A stretch of 64,000 bases of DNA from Anaeramoeba ignava BMAN (lineage: Eukaryota > Protista > Anaeramoebae): positions 1 to 64,000 of the forward strand of contig JAPDFW010000076.1 in the NCBI GenBank assembly GCA_028826165.1. Direction: 5' to 3'. Position numbers and translations under genes: made by a program. Positions within the stretch are counted from its first letter, which is position 1, and each line of letters opens with the position of its first letter. The notes beneath the pieces were generated by a model that was given only the letters and a program-made list of their open reading frames with translations, had not been told where the DNA came from and did no database searches. This document shows positions 43,146-57,465 of this stretch, piece after piece.

Positions 43146-43264
43146 ATCCAAATCAAAAAGTGGAATAAAGATAAAAATTTACTAAAATAATAACTTTTAG
43201 CTTGTAAATTTATTTATTAAAAAGAAATTCAAAAAATCAAAAGAAAAAATATTTCATGATTTTT

Positions 43265-43836
43265 TCAATCAGAATTTGATTTTTCTTTTTCAATTTCTAA
43301 ATTAACATCATTAGAAATATTAGATTGATTTATTTGTTTATTAAGAACTTCATCAGGACCATTTTTAAAAGGAACTAAAAAAGTAATTTGACCTCCATTT
43401 AATAAAATTTCATCTAAATGAGTTTTTTCAATTGAACCATCAATTTTATATTGATATTCAATAACGTCTGAAAGAACCATATTAAGATCTGCATCAAATC
43501 CACAAAGAGTTCCTACAACTTCTCTTTGTTTTTGTGCTTTAATCCATATTCTTGATCCCAAACATTTATCAACAATTTCTAATTTAATTTTTAATTATAA
43601 ATTTAATTTTAATTTTAATATTAATTTTAATTTTAATTTTAATTTTAATTTTAATTTTAATTTTAATTTTAATTTTAATTTTAATTTTAATTTTAATTTT
43701 AATTTTAATTTTATAAATGAATTTTAATATTAATTTTAATTTTAATTTTAATTTTAATTTTAATTTTAATTTTAATTTTAATTTTAATTTTTATTTTAAT
43801 TTTTTATTATTAACCAAAAGGAAGAACAAAATCCAT
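43265..43836 (-). CDS. LSM5: U6 snRNA-associated Sm-like protein LSm5; exons 43836-43815 and 43579-43265
   Basis: MDFVLPF|EIVDKCLGSRIWI..EVVGTLCGFD..NMVLSDVIEY..LDEILLNGGQITFLVP. Confidence 0.9.
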
Positions 43837-43903
43837 TTTATATTAAAAAAAAAAGGGAAAAATGATTTTTTTTTTCATTTTTTTTTTTCATTTTTTTTTA
43901 GTT

Positions 43904-46900
43904 ATGAAATTGTTTATTCAAGTTCTTCCTTTAATTTTCTCTTTTATTCTTTTACAATCTTCTTTTTGTGATGAACAAGACCATAAGTATACTCCATTTC
44001 AAGAATTAACTGTTTGGGAAAATACTATTGTTCATGGTTCAAACCCACAAGAAAAATATGAATATCATTCCTTTCCTTTTTGTTCAGCAACAAAATCACC
44101 AAAACATCCTCGAGAAAGTTTAGGGTAATTTTACCTTTTCTTTTAAAATTAAAATTAAAATTAAAATTAAAATTCATTTATAAAATTAAAATTAAAATTA
44201 ATATTAAAATTTAATATAAAATTAAAATTAAAATTAATATTATAATTAAAATTAAAATTAAAATTAAAATTAAAATTAAAAAATGTAAAAATTAAAATTC
44301 ATTTATAAAATTAAAATTTAAATTTAAATTTAAATTTAAATTAAAATTCATTTATAAAATTAAAATTAAAATTTAAATTTAAATTAAAATTCATTTATAA
44401 AATTAAAATTAAAATTCATTTATAAAATTAAAATTAAAATTAAAATTAAAATTAAAATTAAAATTAAAATTAAAATTAAAATTCAAATTAATATTAAAAT
44501 TAAAATTAAAATTAAAATTTAAAATTAAAATTAAAATTAAAATTAAAATTAAAATTAAAATTTATTAAAATTAAATTAAAATTAAAATTATAAATTAAAA
44601 TTAATATAAAAAGAGAAGCATTACTTGGAAATCAATTATATGACAGTGGAATCAAATTAAAATTTGAAGTAGATCAAGAAGAGATGGTATTATGTTCACA
44701 AAAATTGACACAAGAAGCAATTTCAATATTTAAAAATGCGATAAAATATGAGTTTTTTTATGAATTTTTTGTTGATGGTTTGCCAGTTTATGGGTTAATA
44801 GGAACTATGAAAAACGACGTTCCTCTTATTTTTACACACAAAAATTTCCAAATTACACATACTAGCTTTCAAATTCTAGAAGTAGATATTGTTCCTGATA
44901 ATCCTCAAGAGTTTTATGTTGGTGAAGATATTACTTTTACTTATTCTGTTTATTGGGAAGAAATTAATGGTGATTTTAATCAAAGATTCACAAAATATTT
45001 GGATAATGATTTTTTTAAGCATAAAACTCATTTGTATATAAAATTAAAATTAAAATTAAAATTAAAATTAAAAATAAAAATAAAATTAAAATTAAAAATA
45101 ATATTCATATTAAAATTAAAATTAAAATTAAAATTAATATTAAAATTAATATTAAAATTAAAAAACGTAAAAATGTTTTTTTAGGCTTTCAATTATTAAT
45201 AGTACATTATTAATGTTAGTTGCTGTTATAGTTGCTTTTTCAATATTAAAAAGAGTAATAAATAAAGATTATATTGAATTTAAAAAAAGTGACCAATCAG
45301 AATATTTACAAGAATTAGTAAATAAAGAAATTCAAATAAATTCAAAAAACAATTTAAATTCAAATAAATAAATAAATAAATAAATATTGTTATTATTATT
45401 ATTACAAGGGATTGGGTGAATCAATTAGTCGTGAAAAAGCCTCATGGAAAGAATTGCAAGAGGATGTATTTAGATCACCAAAACATTTAGAAATTTTTTC
45501 GTCGTTTATTGGAATTGGAATTCAAATAAGTATTACTTCTATACTTTTTATTATACAAAATTTATTTTTCTCTTATTATGAGACACGAGGAACTTCAATG
45601 AATGCTTTTATTATCACTTATATTTTTACATCTTTTTTTTCGGGTTTTTTTAGTGGTGGTTATTATTCATTAAATCATGGTAATTAATATTTATTTTAAT
45701 ATTTATTTTAATATTTAATTTAATATTTATTTTAATATTTTAATATTTAATATATATTTAAATATTTAATTCAATATTTAATTTAATATTTAATTTAATA
45801 TTTATTTTAATATTTATTATAATATTTATTTTAATATTTTAATATTTAATTTAATATTTATTTTAATATTTATTTTAATATTTATTATAATATTAAATTT
45901 AATATTTATTTTAATATTTATTATAATATTTATTTTAATATTTAATTTAAATAAAAAAAGGAAGAAATTGGATCAAAAATATTGTTATCACAACATCATG
46001 TTTACCAGCAATAGGATTAATTATAGTTTTTTTTGTGAACTTTATTGCATTCATTTACAAATCAGTAAATTATGTACCATTTGGAACAATAATATTATTA
46101 TTAATAATATGGATATTTGTGGTTCTTCCAATAAATATTTTTGGAGCAATAATTGGAAGAAATTTTAATTTTTTCAAATCTTATCCAATAAGAAATGTAT
46201 CTGAAATTGAAAGACCAAAAAGAAAATCTAGAAATAGTCATGTTCGTCTTCTTATTTTTTCTACTGGAATTATTCCATTTGCCTGCATTTTAATAGAATT
46301 GCATTTTATTCTTAGCTCTTTTTGGTCTTATAGAATTTATTATGTTTATGGGTTTTTATTCCTTATATTTTTGATATTAATCATCTCTATTGGTTTGTGC
46401 TCTTTTTATTTTTTGATGATAAAGAAAAATCTTTTTAAAAATTGAATATTGAATATTGAATATTGAATATTAAATTGAATATTAACTTAAATTAAATTAA
46501 ATTGAATTGAATTGAATTGATTTAAATTAAATTGAATTGAATATTAACTTAAATTGAATTTGAATATTGAATTGAATATGTATATTGAATTAAATTAAAT
46601 TGATTTGAATTGATTTGAATTGATTTAAATTGAATTAAATTGAATTAATTTGAATTAAATATTAACTTAAAATTCTTTTTAAATAATAAAGCTTGTGTTA
46701 CAGTTATTCTGGTTTATGTTTTACTCAATAATGAAGAACATAGATGGCATTGGATTTCATTTTTTGCTTCTAGTTCAACTGCTTTATATGCATTTCTTTA
46801 TTCAATTTATTATTTTTATTTTAGAACTAAAATGGAAGGAGTTTTTCAAATAATATTTTATTTTAGTTATACAACTTTAATTTGTTTGATTTTTGGATTA

Positions 46901-47073
46901 ATGTGTGGTAAGTTTAAGTTTAAGTTTAAGTTTAAGTTTAATTATTTTAATTTTCATTTTTAATTTATAATTTTCATTTTTAATTTATAATTTAAAAAAC
47001 AAAAGGTTCAGTTGGATTTTTATCAGCTTATTTTTTTGTTAGGAAAATTTATCAAGGAATTAAAAATGATTAA
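43904..47073 (+). CDS. Transmembrane 9 superfamily (TM9SF/EMP70 nonaspanin), about 7 exons
   Basis: Signal peptide; NPQEKYEYHSFPFC; ESLG|EALLG; FFVDGLPVYG; WKELQEDVFRSP; GIIPFACILIELHFI; EEHRWHWISF; RKIYQGIKND* (KxD Golgi motif). Confidence 0.92.
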
Positions 47074-47305
47074 TCTTTTTTTCTCTCTTAATTTTTGATT
47101 TGATTTCAAGAATAAAAATTTTAAAAGAAAAGAAAATTAAAAAGAAAATTTTTGATTGTTTTTCATTTCAAAATCAAAAAGTTTTTAAAAAAGAAAAAAC
47201 AATCAAAAAAAGAAAAAAAGAAAAAAAGAAAAAGTGGAATGAAAAAAAATTTGTTCCGAAAAGAAAAAAAAACTTTTTTTTTGGATTAAAAAAATTTTTT
47301 GAAAA

Positions 47306-49200
47306 TTAAAGCATTTCTTGAGAACGAGCAACTGTTCGATAAACTTTTCTTTTAAAAATTTTAGGATTTTGTCTCCATTCAACAGCTGCATCAATATTTG
47401 CAGGAGATTGATCATTTGGTGATGATAACATTGAAATAACTGAAATTAAAATTGATTCAACTGAATGAACAGGAAGCCATCTTTCTGATTCATCTTCATA
47501 TCCCCATTCATCTTTTCCAGGTTGATGTAAAATACTAATACAAACAGTTCCATCTTTATAAACTTTTTTAAATTTAATTTTTTAAATGAATTTTAATTTT
47601 AATTTTAATTTTAAAATTAATTTTAATTTTAATTTTAATTTTAATTTTAATTTTGATTTTGATTTTGATTTTAATTTTAATTTTAATTTTAATTTTAATT
47701 TTAAATTTAATTTTAATTTTAATTTTAATTTTATTTTTAATTATAATTTTAATTTTAATTTTAATTTAAATTTTAATTTTTAATTTTAATTTTAATTTCA
47801 AATTCGAATTTAAATAATAAATTATTTTATTTACTATTTGGATGCCACATTTCTGAAATAAATTTCATTTTAGGTGGATAATTTGGATAATTATCTGGAA
47901 ATGCTAAAGTTGCTCTAAAAATTCCACCTTCACTATTTTTTTTGTAATAAATTATTTTTTATAAATTTTAAAATTCTTTTCAATTTTCTTTCAAAAATAA
48001 ATAAATAAAGGAAGGAAAGTATACTATAATGTATCTGTTGGTCCTATAACTGTAATTTCCCAATTAAAAGGATCATCATCAATTAATCCTGCTGAGAAAC
48101 CATCAACTGGATTTTTACTTAATTCTATTTTTATTTATTTTTAATTTTAATTTGAAATTGAAATTGAATTTGAATTTGAAATTGAATTTGAAATTGATAT
48201 TGAAATTGAAATTGAATTTGAAATTGAAATTGAAATTGAAATTGAATTTGAATTTGAAATTGAATTTGAATTTGAATTTGAATTTTAATTTAATTTGAAA
48301 TTGAATTTGTATTTGAATTTGAATTTAATTTGAATTTGTATTTTAAATTGAATTTGAATTTGAATTTGAATTTGAATTTGAATTTGTATTTGAAATTGAA
48401 TTTGAATTTGTATTTAATATTGAAATTGAAATTGAAATTGAAATTGAAATTGAAATTGAAATTGAATTTGAAATTGAAATTGAATTTGAATTTGATTTTG
48501 AAATTGATATTGAAATTGAATTTGAAATTGAATTTGAATTTGAATTTGATATTGATTTTGAATTTTAATTTGAAATTGAATTTGAATTTTAATTTGAAAT
48601 TGTATTTGAAATTGAATTTGTATTGAATTTGAATTTTTATTTGAATTTGAATTTGTATTTGAATTTGAATTTGAATTTGAATTTGAAATTGATTTTGAAA
48701 TTGAATTTTAATTTGAAATTGAATTTGAATTTGAATTTGATTTTAATTTGAAATTGAAATTGAAATTGAAATAAAATTGAAATAAAATTGAAATAAATTT
48801 GAAATAAATTGAAATAAATTGAAATAAAATTGAAATGAAATTGAAATAAAATTGAAATAAATTGAAATTGAATTTGAATTTGAATTTGTATTTGAAATTG
48901 ATTTTGAAATTGAAATTGAATTTTAATTTGAAATTGAATTTTAATTTGAAATTGATATTGAAATTGAAATTGAAATTGAATTTGAATTTGATTTGAATTT
49001 TAACTTGAATTTTAATTTGAAATTGTATTTGAAATTGAATTTGAAATTGAATTTGAAATTGAATTTAATTTAATTCTGTTTTTTGCTTTTGATTCAATTT
49101 TGAAAAGCTAAAAATAATAAGAATAAAAAGAATAAATTTTGTTTTTACCTCTAAATTGTTTTAATAAATGATTTGAAGCAAATTGTTTATCTGAAGTCAT
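47306..49200 (-). CDS. UBE2G1: Ubiquitin-conjugating enzyme E2 G (UBC7/UBE2G), 4 exons
   Basis: [89 protein letters not shown]. Confidence 0.92.
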
Positions 49201-49629
49201 TTTTGCTTTTGTTTTTGTTTAAAAAAGGAAAAGTAAAGAAAACCTTTTTAAAAGAAAAATAAATATAATATAAATATAAAAAATAAATATAAAAAATAAA
49301 ATTTGATACAAAAAATTGAAAAGAACAGAATTAAAAAAATGAAAAAATGAAAAAATGAAAAAATGAAAAAAAAAATAAATTTTGAATAAAAAGAATAAAT
49401 TAAATTAGATTAAGAAAAAGATTAATTTTCTTTTTTAATTTATATTTTTTAAAATAATTTATAATTAAAAAAAAATAATTTATTATCAATATTTTGAATT
49501 AATGATGTAATCAAAAAAAAAAGGAGAAAAAAAAAATAAAAAGAAGAAAAAAAAAAATTAAATAAAATTTTCCATTTTTTATTTTTTTCATTTTTTTTCA
49601 TTTATTTTTCTTTTTTCTAAATAAAAAAA

Positions 49630-52600
49630 ATGAGTGATAAACCAAAAGTATATCGAGTTACATTTAGTGAAGGAAGATATAAAGTAGTAGCAAGTTCAAC
49701 AGATTCAACAGCAAAATCAATAATAGATTATATAATTCAAAAAACACCAGATCTTAATCCACAACCAAATACTTATTTATGTTTTTCAACTCAATCTTTT
49801 GGTATTTATTTCAATTTATAAATTAAAATTGAAATAAATTGAAATAAATTGAAATTGAAATAAATTGAAATAAATTGAAATTGAAATTGAAATAAAATGA
49901 AAATGAAATTGAAATTAAATTGAAATGAAATTGAAATAAATTAAAATTGAAATAAAATTGAAATAAATTGAAATTGAAATTGAAATAAAATGAAAATGAA
50001 ATTGAAATTAAATTGAAATGAAATTGAAATAAATTAAAATTGAAATAAAATTGAAATAAATTGAAATAAAATTGAAATAAATTGAAATAAATTGAAATAA
50101 ATTAAATTAAATTAAAATAAATTGAAATAAATTGAAATAAATTGAAATAAAATTGAAATAAATTGAAAATGAAATAAATTGAAATTAAAATTGAAATTGA
50201 AATAAAATGAAATAAAATGAAATAAAATGAAATAAAATTGAAATAATTGGAATTGAAATAAATTGAAATTGAAATTGAAATAAATTGAAATTGAAATAAA
50301 TTGAAATTAAATTGAAATTGAAATAAATTGAAATTGAAATTGAAATTGAAATAAAATTGAAATTGAAATTGAAATAAAATTGAAATAAAATTGAAATTGA
50401 AATTGAAATAAATTGAAATAAAATTGAAATTGAATTGAAATAAATTTGAAATTGAAATAAATTGAAATTGAAATTGAAATAAATTGAAATAAATTGAAAT
50501 AAATTGAAATAAATTGAAATAAATTGAAATTGAAATAAAATTGAAATAAATTGAAATTGAAAATAAATTGAAAATAAATTGAAATAAATTGAAATAAATT
50601 TGAAATAAAATTGAAATGAAATTGAAATAAATTGAAATAAATTGAAATTAAATTGAAATAAAATTGAAATAAAATTGAATTGAAATAAATTGAAATAAAA
50701 TTGAAATAAAATTGAAATAAATTAAAATAAATTGAAATAAATTAAAAGAAATTGAAATAAATTGAAATTGAAATAAAATTGAAATGAATTGAAATTAATT
50801 GAAATAAATTGAAATAAATTGAAATAAATTAAAATAAATTGAAATAAATTGAAATAAATTGAAATAAATTGAAATAAATTGGAATTGAAATAAATTGAAA
50901 TAAATTGAAATAAATCGAAATTGAAATAAATTGAAATAAAATTGAAATAAATTAAAATTGAAATTGAAATAAATTGAAATAAATTGAAATAAATTGAAAT
51001 AAATTGAAATTGAAATTGAAATTGAAATTGAAATAAATTGAAATAATTGAAATTGAAATTGAAATAAAATGAAAATGAAATTGAAATTAAATTGAAATTG
51101 AAATAAATTGAAATAAATTGAAATTGAAATTGAAATTGAAATTGAAATAAAATTGAAATAAATTGAAATTAAAATAAAAATGAAATTGAAATTAAATTAA
51201 AATTGAAATTGAAATTGAAAAAAAAAAGAAAGAGTTTTAAATGATGATGAAAAACCTTTAGAACTTGGTCTAACTTTATCTTCTCAAGAACCAGATGAAT
51301 GGAAATCATTCTTACATTTTAAAATTGCACGAAAAGATTTGGTTTTATATTCTCAAAAAAAAATATATGAATTCATTTAAAATTTTAATTAAAAAATTTT
51401 TTTGTTAATTAAAAAGCTTACAGTAAAAATTTTTAGAAGAAATTCAAGTGAACCTTTAGCTTTTATTATCAATGAAAACTCTAATATTCAAAAACTTATT
51501 GAATTAATAGCATCAAAATTTCCAGTTGAAGATATTAAGAAAACTTTTATTCAAGAACAATTTGGAAATGAAAGTTTGAATTTCAATTTAAAATTTGAAT
51601 TTAAAATTTAATTAAAATTTTTTAAACACAAAAAAAAAAGAACCTCAAATTATTGATAATCAAAAGAAAATTATTGATATAATTAAAGGATGGGGAGATA
51701 AATGTGAAAATTATAAATTTCTTTATAAAGATTCAAATCTCCAAATTAAAGTAAAAATTAAAAATTAAAATTTAAATTAAAATTTAAAATTAAAATTATA
51801 AAAAAAAAAGGGAATGGAAGATTTCTTTTATAAATATGAAAGTCAAAAAATTGAAGATGTTTCTTTTGATGAAATTAATAGAAATATTATGGATATTGTT
51901 GTTGAAGGAAATTCTTTTTATCTTAAAAATGAAGGTAAAAAAAAATTTATAAATATTAAAAATAATAAATATTAAATAAAAAAAATAATAAAATAGGATT
52001 TGTTGATGATACAAAAGGAAATTCAGAATTTATTCATGATAATTTATCATTATTAGATCGAATTAAAAAAGTTGATTTCTTTTTTTTTAAAAAATTAAAA
52101 AATTTATAAATTAAAAAATTTAAATTATAAAAGGAAATGGATGATGAAGATAGTCAATTTTCAAAATATTTGCAAAGAAGTAAGCAAATGATTGATAATA
52201 AAATTGATGCCTATCTTGAAATAGCTGTTGTAAGTTTATTTTTTTTTAAATGGAAAATTAAAAAGAATTTCCTTTTTTTTTTATAAATGAAAATAATTAT
52301 TAAAATTAATAAAAGCCAAAAGTAGCAAAAAATATTGGAATTAAAGGATGTCATGAGATAACAACTTTAGTGAATTCATTTGAATCAATGAAAGAAAAAA
52401 TATCGAAAGAAAAAGTTCAAGAATATGCAAGAAATGTGAAAGATTTAGATTCTTTATATAGTATTAGAGTAGCTAAAATCCAAGGAGGAATTATTGATTT
52501 AATAAAACAAGATCTTGGAGTTTATTTTTTTAATACCAAAAACGAATTAGAAATGGCAACAGTTGATTTAACAAAACAAACAGGAACTCGTAAATAATAA

Positions 52601-55600
52601 TAATATTATTATTTTAATTATTTTAAAAAAGAAATATTGATTTGAAATTTTTTTGCTTTATAATAGTTTCATTTCTTTCAAATCCAATAAGAGAAGGTTT
52701 TCTGCTTAAGAAAAGCCGAACTTGGGGAAGAAAAAAATTATTATATTTAGTTTTAACACCAAGATTTCTTCATTATTTCCACGTTCCAAAAAATAAAGAA
52801 GATTCACTTGAAGAAATTTTACAATCAGGAAAACCTCATCAATCTTTACCTTTATCAATTATAAAAGTGCAAAGAACCGTTCTTGAACAGCAAACAACAT
52901 CAAAAGAAACAAGTAAAGAACAAAAGGAAGTTGAGGAAGAAAAGGATATTTCCATTGATTACACTTTTGATATCATTTATGATACAAATCGATACCATTT
53001 TGTTGCAGCTTCTGAATTTGAAATGAATGAATGGATTCGATTAATTAATTTGATTAAATCAAGAGTCTCAGAGAAAAAAACAATACAAGTCCATCGCGTC
53101 AACCAAAACTGCAAATATGAATATTCAATTAATTATATTGGTGAGCAAGACGCGCAATCTCTGGATTATAAAGCGGAAGAAGGAACTTATCAAATCCAAA
53201 TTGAAAGTTTTAATGATAAATGGATTTTCACAAAAAAATTTGTTGATTTTATTGATTTGGGAGAAACTTTGAGGAAATTGCTCCCCATTTTTATTTTCCC
53301 AACAGTTCCAAAGAATTTTAGATTGGGAGGAGTTATTAGAAACAGAATATCAACTTTAGTTGGGAAAAAAGCAGAAGAGCCGCCAAAAAAAGAACAAAAA
53401 TCAGGGAAAAAAGGTTTTTTCAAATCCATTTTTAAAGACAACAAAAAACCCAAGGTTGTATTGAATGAAACAGCAATTAGACTTGGAAATGATTTTATTT
53501 ATTCCTTTTTGAATGAATTACTTGTTAATTTTAGAGTCAATCAATTGCCTGAAGTTTTGGATTTTTTTGGAATTAATAATATTTTTTTGGCAATCAAACA
53601 AAACAATCTTGACTTTGTTAAATATTTAACAATCAATGATACACTTTATACATTATCAAGAAAACAAACGGGGAAAACACCAATTCATTTTGCTGCAAAA
53701 CTAAGATTGGATTTACTTAAAGTTATTATTGAAAATATTGATGATATGAAAAAAAACAAAAGTTTGGATATTGATTTTGATTTGGATATTTGTCATGTGA
53801 ATTCCAAAGATCAAGATGGAACAACAATATTATTGCAATCAGTATATGATTTAAGGAAGGATGTTTTTGATTGTTTAATTGATAGAGAAGATATAAAAGT
53901 TGATATTGCTGATAATAATGGTTAATTTTTTTTTAAAAAAAAAAAAAAAGCAAAAAGAAATTTTAAAATTGAAAAATTATTTTTTATATATATATATAAA
54001 AAAGGTTTTACTCCTTTTCTTGCTTCTTTCAAAAAAAACTTATTGGATTTTGCAAAAAAATTGGTTGAAAAAAATTGTGATATTAATTGTCAGGATGAAG
54101 AAACAAAAAACTCAGCTCTTCATTATGCATTTATAAATGGAAATATTGAAGGAGTAAATTTTTTGATTCACAGAGGAATTGATCTTGATTTGCAAGATAA
54201 ATATGGAAGAACAGTATTGATGTTAGCAGTAACATCAAAAAGAGACGATGTGATAAACAAACTGCTTGAATCAGAAGCAAATGTGAATATTCAAAATAAC
54301 AATTTTAAAACAGCGCTTCATTATTGTGTTGAGCAAAATAATATAAACTTAACTAACGAAATGCTTCAAAAAGAAGGCGATCCAAATATTGAGGATGAAA
54401 ACAAGGAAACTTGCCTTCATTTTGCAGTTATGAATAGAAATTTGAAGATGATTGAGCTGCTTCTTGATCATAAAGCATCACCCAACAAGCAAAACATCAA
54501 CGGAATGACACCACTTCATCTTGCAATCACACAAGAAATTAAAAAACAAGTTCAAATCATGGAATTGGATTCAAATCAAAACGATGTTCAAAAACAAGCC
54601 TCATCACTTGAAATTATAAAGCTGCTAATTGAAAAGGGGAGCGCAATTGTGGACACACAAAATGCAGAAGGAAATTATCCTATTCATTCATGTGTAATTC
54701 GGAAAGACATGGATTTACTAACATATTTACTTCAGAATAAAGCAAACATCAATGCGGGAGATAGGGACGGAAGAACCCCGCTTCATCTCGCAGCGTTGTC
54801 TTCAAACAACAGAATAATCGAACTTTTGGTGTCTTTTAATTCCGTTGTTGATATCTCTGACATTACTGATGTTGGCAGTTCACCTATTCATTTAGCTGCT
54901 GAAAATAATAATATTGAAGGAATTATGTTTTTACTCAGAAATGGATCATCAATTAATTGTCTCAGACAAGATAGAAAATCACCTTTGCATCTTGCTGCAA
55001 AGAATGGCTTTAATGATCTTGTTTCTTTATTAGCTGAAAATGGAGCTGATGTTAATCTTCAAGATTTTGATGGGAATACACCTCTTCATCTTAGTCTTAA
55101 AAGTAATCATGAAAGAACTTCTGCTTTAATTGCACAAAGTGGAGGTTATTTGAATATGATTAATAATAAAGGTCAATCACCTTTACAATTAGCTAAGAAT
55201 TCTAAAATTAAAAAAATGATTAAGGAAGCAAGTGAAAGATTTGCGAGTCAAGGTTTAACAAAACGAGGAACAATTCCTAATAGTAAAAACCAATTAAAAT
55301 TAAAATTCATTTATAAAATCAAAATCAAAATTAAATTCATTTATAAAATTAAAATCAAAATTAAATTCATTTATAAAATTAAAATTAAAATTAAAATTAA
55401 AATTAAAATTAAAATTTAAAATTAAAATTAAAATTAAAACTAAAATTAAAATTAAAATTAAAATTAAAATTAAAATTAAAATTAAAATTAAAATTCATTT
55501 ATAAAATTAAAATTAAAATCAAAATCAAAATTAAAATTAAAATTAAAATTCATTTATAAAATTAAAATTAAAATCAAAATTAAAATTTAAATTCATTTAT

Positions 55601-56128
55601 AAAATTAAAATTAAATTCAAAATTAAAATTAAAATTAAAATTAAAATTAAAATTTAAATTTAAATTCAAAAATATTTAGTTGTCACAGATATTAGAACTC
55701 CAGAATCTTCTATAGAATCTCATGATAAAAGAAAATCATTTAATCCAATGGGTGGTTTAGCTCTTGAAAAATTAAAATCTGCTAAATCAGCAGTTGATGC
55801 TCATGGTTTAATTCCAGAATATCTTAAAATTGTTTTCCATCTTAATGATAAAGCTGATGATTTTAAATCAAGAATTTCTACAAGAATTAATTTTGAATCT
55901 TCAGAAATTGAAAATGTTAAAGATATTCTAATTTTTGCAAAAAAGAAAATTAAATTTGATCCTGAAAATGATGATCTTGATTCTTTTACAATTCTTTATG
56001 AAGATGAATCAAAAGAATATATTATTATTGATTTTGAAGCAAAACTTGAAGAAATTTTTAAATTTGGAAAATTAATTCATATTTTTCATAAAGAAGACTT
56101 TTTAAAATTATTTGGTTTATTTAAATGA
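49630..56128 (+). CDS. Multi-exon scaffold: two RA/ubiquitin-like domains, PH, PX-like domain, about 13 ankyrin repeats, C-terminal PB1-like domain
   Basis: RA-like VYRVTFSEGRYKVV..TAKSII..ERVLNDDEKPL; PH REGFLLKK..YLVLT..LHYF..FVAASEFEMNEWIRLI; PX-like YQIQI..WIFTKKFVDFIDLGETL; ankyrin repeats such as GRTPLHLAA; PB1-like FTILYEDESKEYIII. Confidence 0.8.
49820..51220. repeat. (AAATTGAAAT)n-type satellite in intron 1 of the ankyrin gene
   Basis: Direct reading of the sequence. Confidence 0.92.
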
Positions 56129-56208
56129 AAAAATTTCAAGAAATCTTTTTTTCATTTTTTTCATTTTTATCTTTCCAAAAAAATTAAAAAATTAAAAAAT
56201 AAAAAATA

Positions 56209-56975
56209 ATGTTCTCCTCAAAAAATTACTTTTTTCAAACAAAACAAAACAAAATCCAAATCTCAATAAGACAAATTATTAAGGAAAATTATGGGTCTTT
56301 TATTTGGCCTTCTTCATTAATTCTTTCAGAATATTTATGTTTAATTGAAGATGAATTAAAAAATCAAAAAATTCTTGAACTTGGAGCTGGCACTGGATTA
56401 CCAGGAATTTTATCAGCAAAATTAGGTGCAAAACAAGTTGTTCTTTCTGATATTTCTTCTGAAAAATCAATTTTGGAAAATCTTGAGTTTGAATCAAAAT
56501 CAAATGGAATTGATGATATTTGCTCCGTTATTCCAATTGATTGGGGATTTTTCTCAGAAAAATATTCCGATATTGGGGATTTTGATATTATTTTAGGAGC
56601 TGATTGTTTATATGATTCAGTTGGTAATTTTTATATTTAATTTCAAGAAAACAAATTAACTAATCCAATTCAATCCACTTTTTTAATTATTTTTTTTTTT
56701 GGAAAGATTTTGATTCTCTTTTTTCAACTGTTAAATATTTTTTGAAATTTAATCAAAATTCTTTCTTTTTAACTGCAATTCATAATAGAAATTGTTCTGA
56801 TAATTTGCAATATTATTTAGATGAATGGGGATTTAAATCGAAAAAAATTGATTTAAAAGAATTTGAAACAAATTTATTTGAAAAATTTGAAGAAACACAA
56901 ACATTAATTGGAGATATTAATTTATATAAAATCACACATTCATTTCAAGACAAAAAAGTGGAAAATTTAAATTAA
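56209..56975 (+). CDS. Methyltransferase family 16 (METTL23-like); exons 56209-56623 and 56707-56975
   Basis: YGSFIWPSSLILSEYL, ILELGAGTGLPGI, IDWG, IILGADCLYD; in-frame intron with an ACTAAT branch-like site. Confidence 0.85.
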
Positions 56976-57465
56976 AATTTTTATTTAATTTTTTATTTAA
57001 TTTTTAATTTAATTTTAATTTAATTTGATTTGACTGTCCTAAGTTTATACCCCTTAATTTTGAAAAGACATAAAAAATTTTTGCATTTATTCTTTTTATA
57101 TTTAAAATTTTAAACAAATTTTATATTTAGTTTTAAATTAAATTTTTAATTAATGAAAATAAAAAAGCAAAAAAAATTCTCCTTTTTTTTTCCTTTTAAA
57201 AAAAAACAAATCTTAATTAGTTTTGATTTATTTTTTAAAACAAATTTATATTTTCAAATTCAAAATAAAGTAAAATAATGGGTATTTCAAAAGAAGATTT
57301 TTATATTTTTGAAATTGAAATGATTTTCTTAATTAAAAATTTTCTCAATTTATATTTTTTTTTTTCATTTTAAAATTTTTTTTCATTTTTTTTTCCTTTT
57401 CTTATTATTATTATTATTATTATTTTATTTGAGGTTTAATTACCATTAGTTATAGGTTTATTTTT

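Noticed and set aside
42278-43168. AAAAAGTGGAAT direct repeats flanking the 11-mer array as a target-site duplication
   Set aside because: The same AAAAGTGGAA word occurs elsewhere (~34409, ~47230, ~56953), and the other 11-mer arrays lack such flanks.
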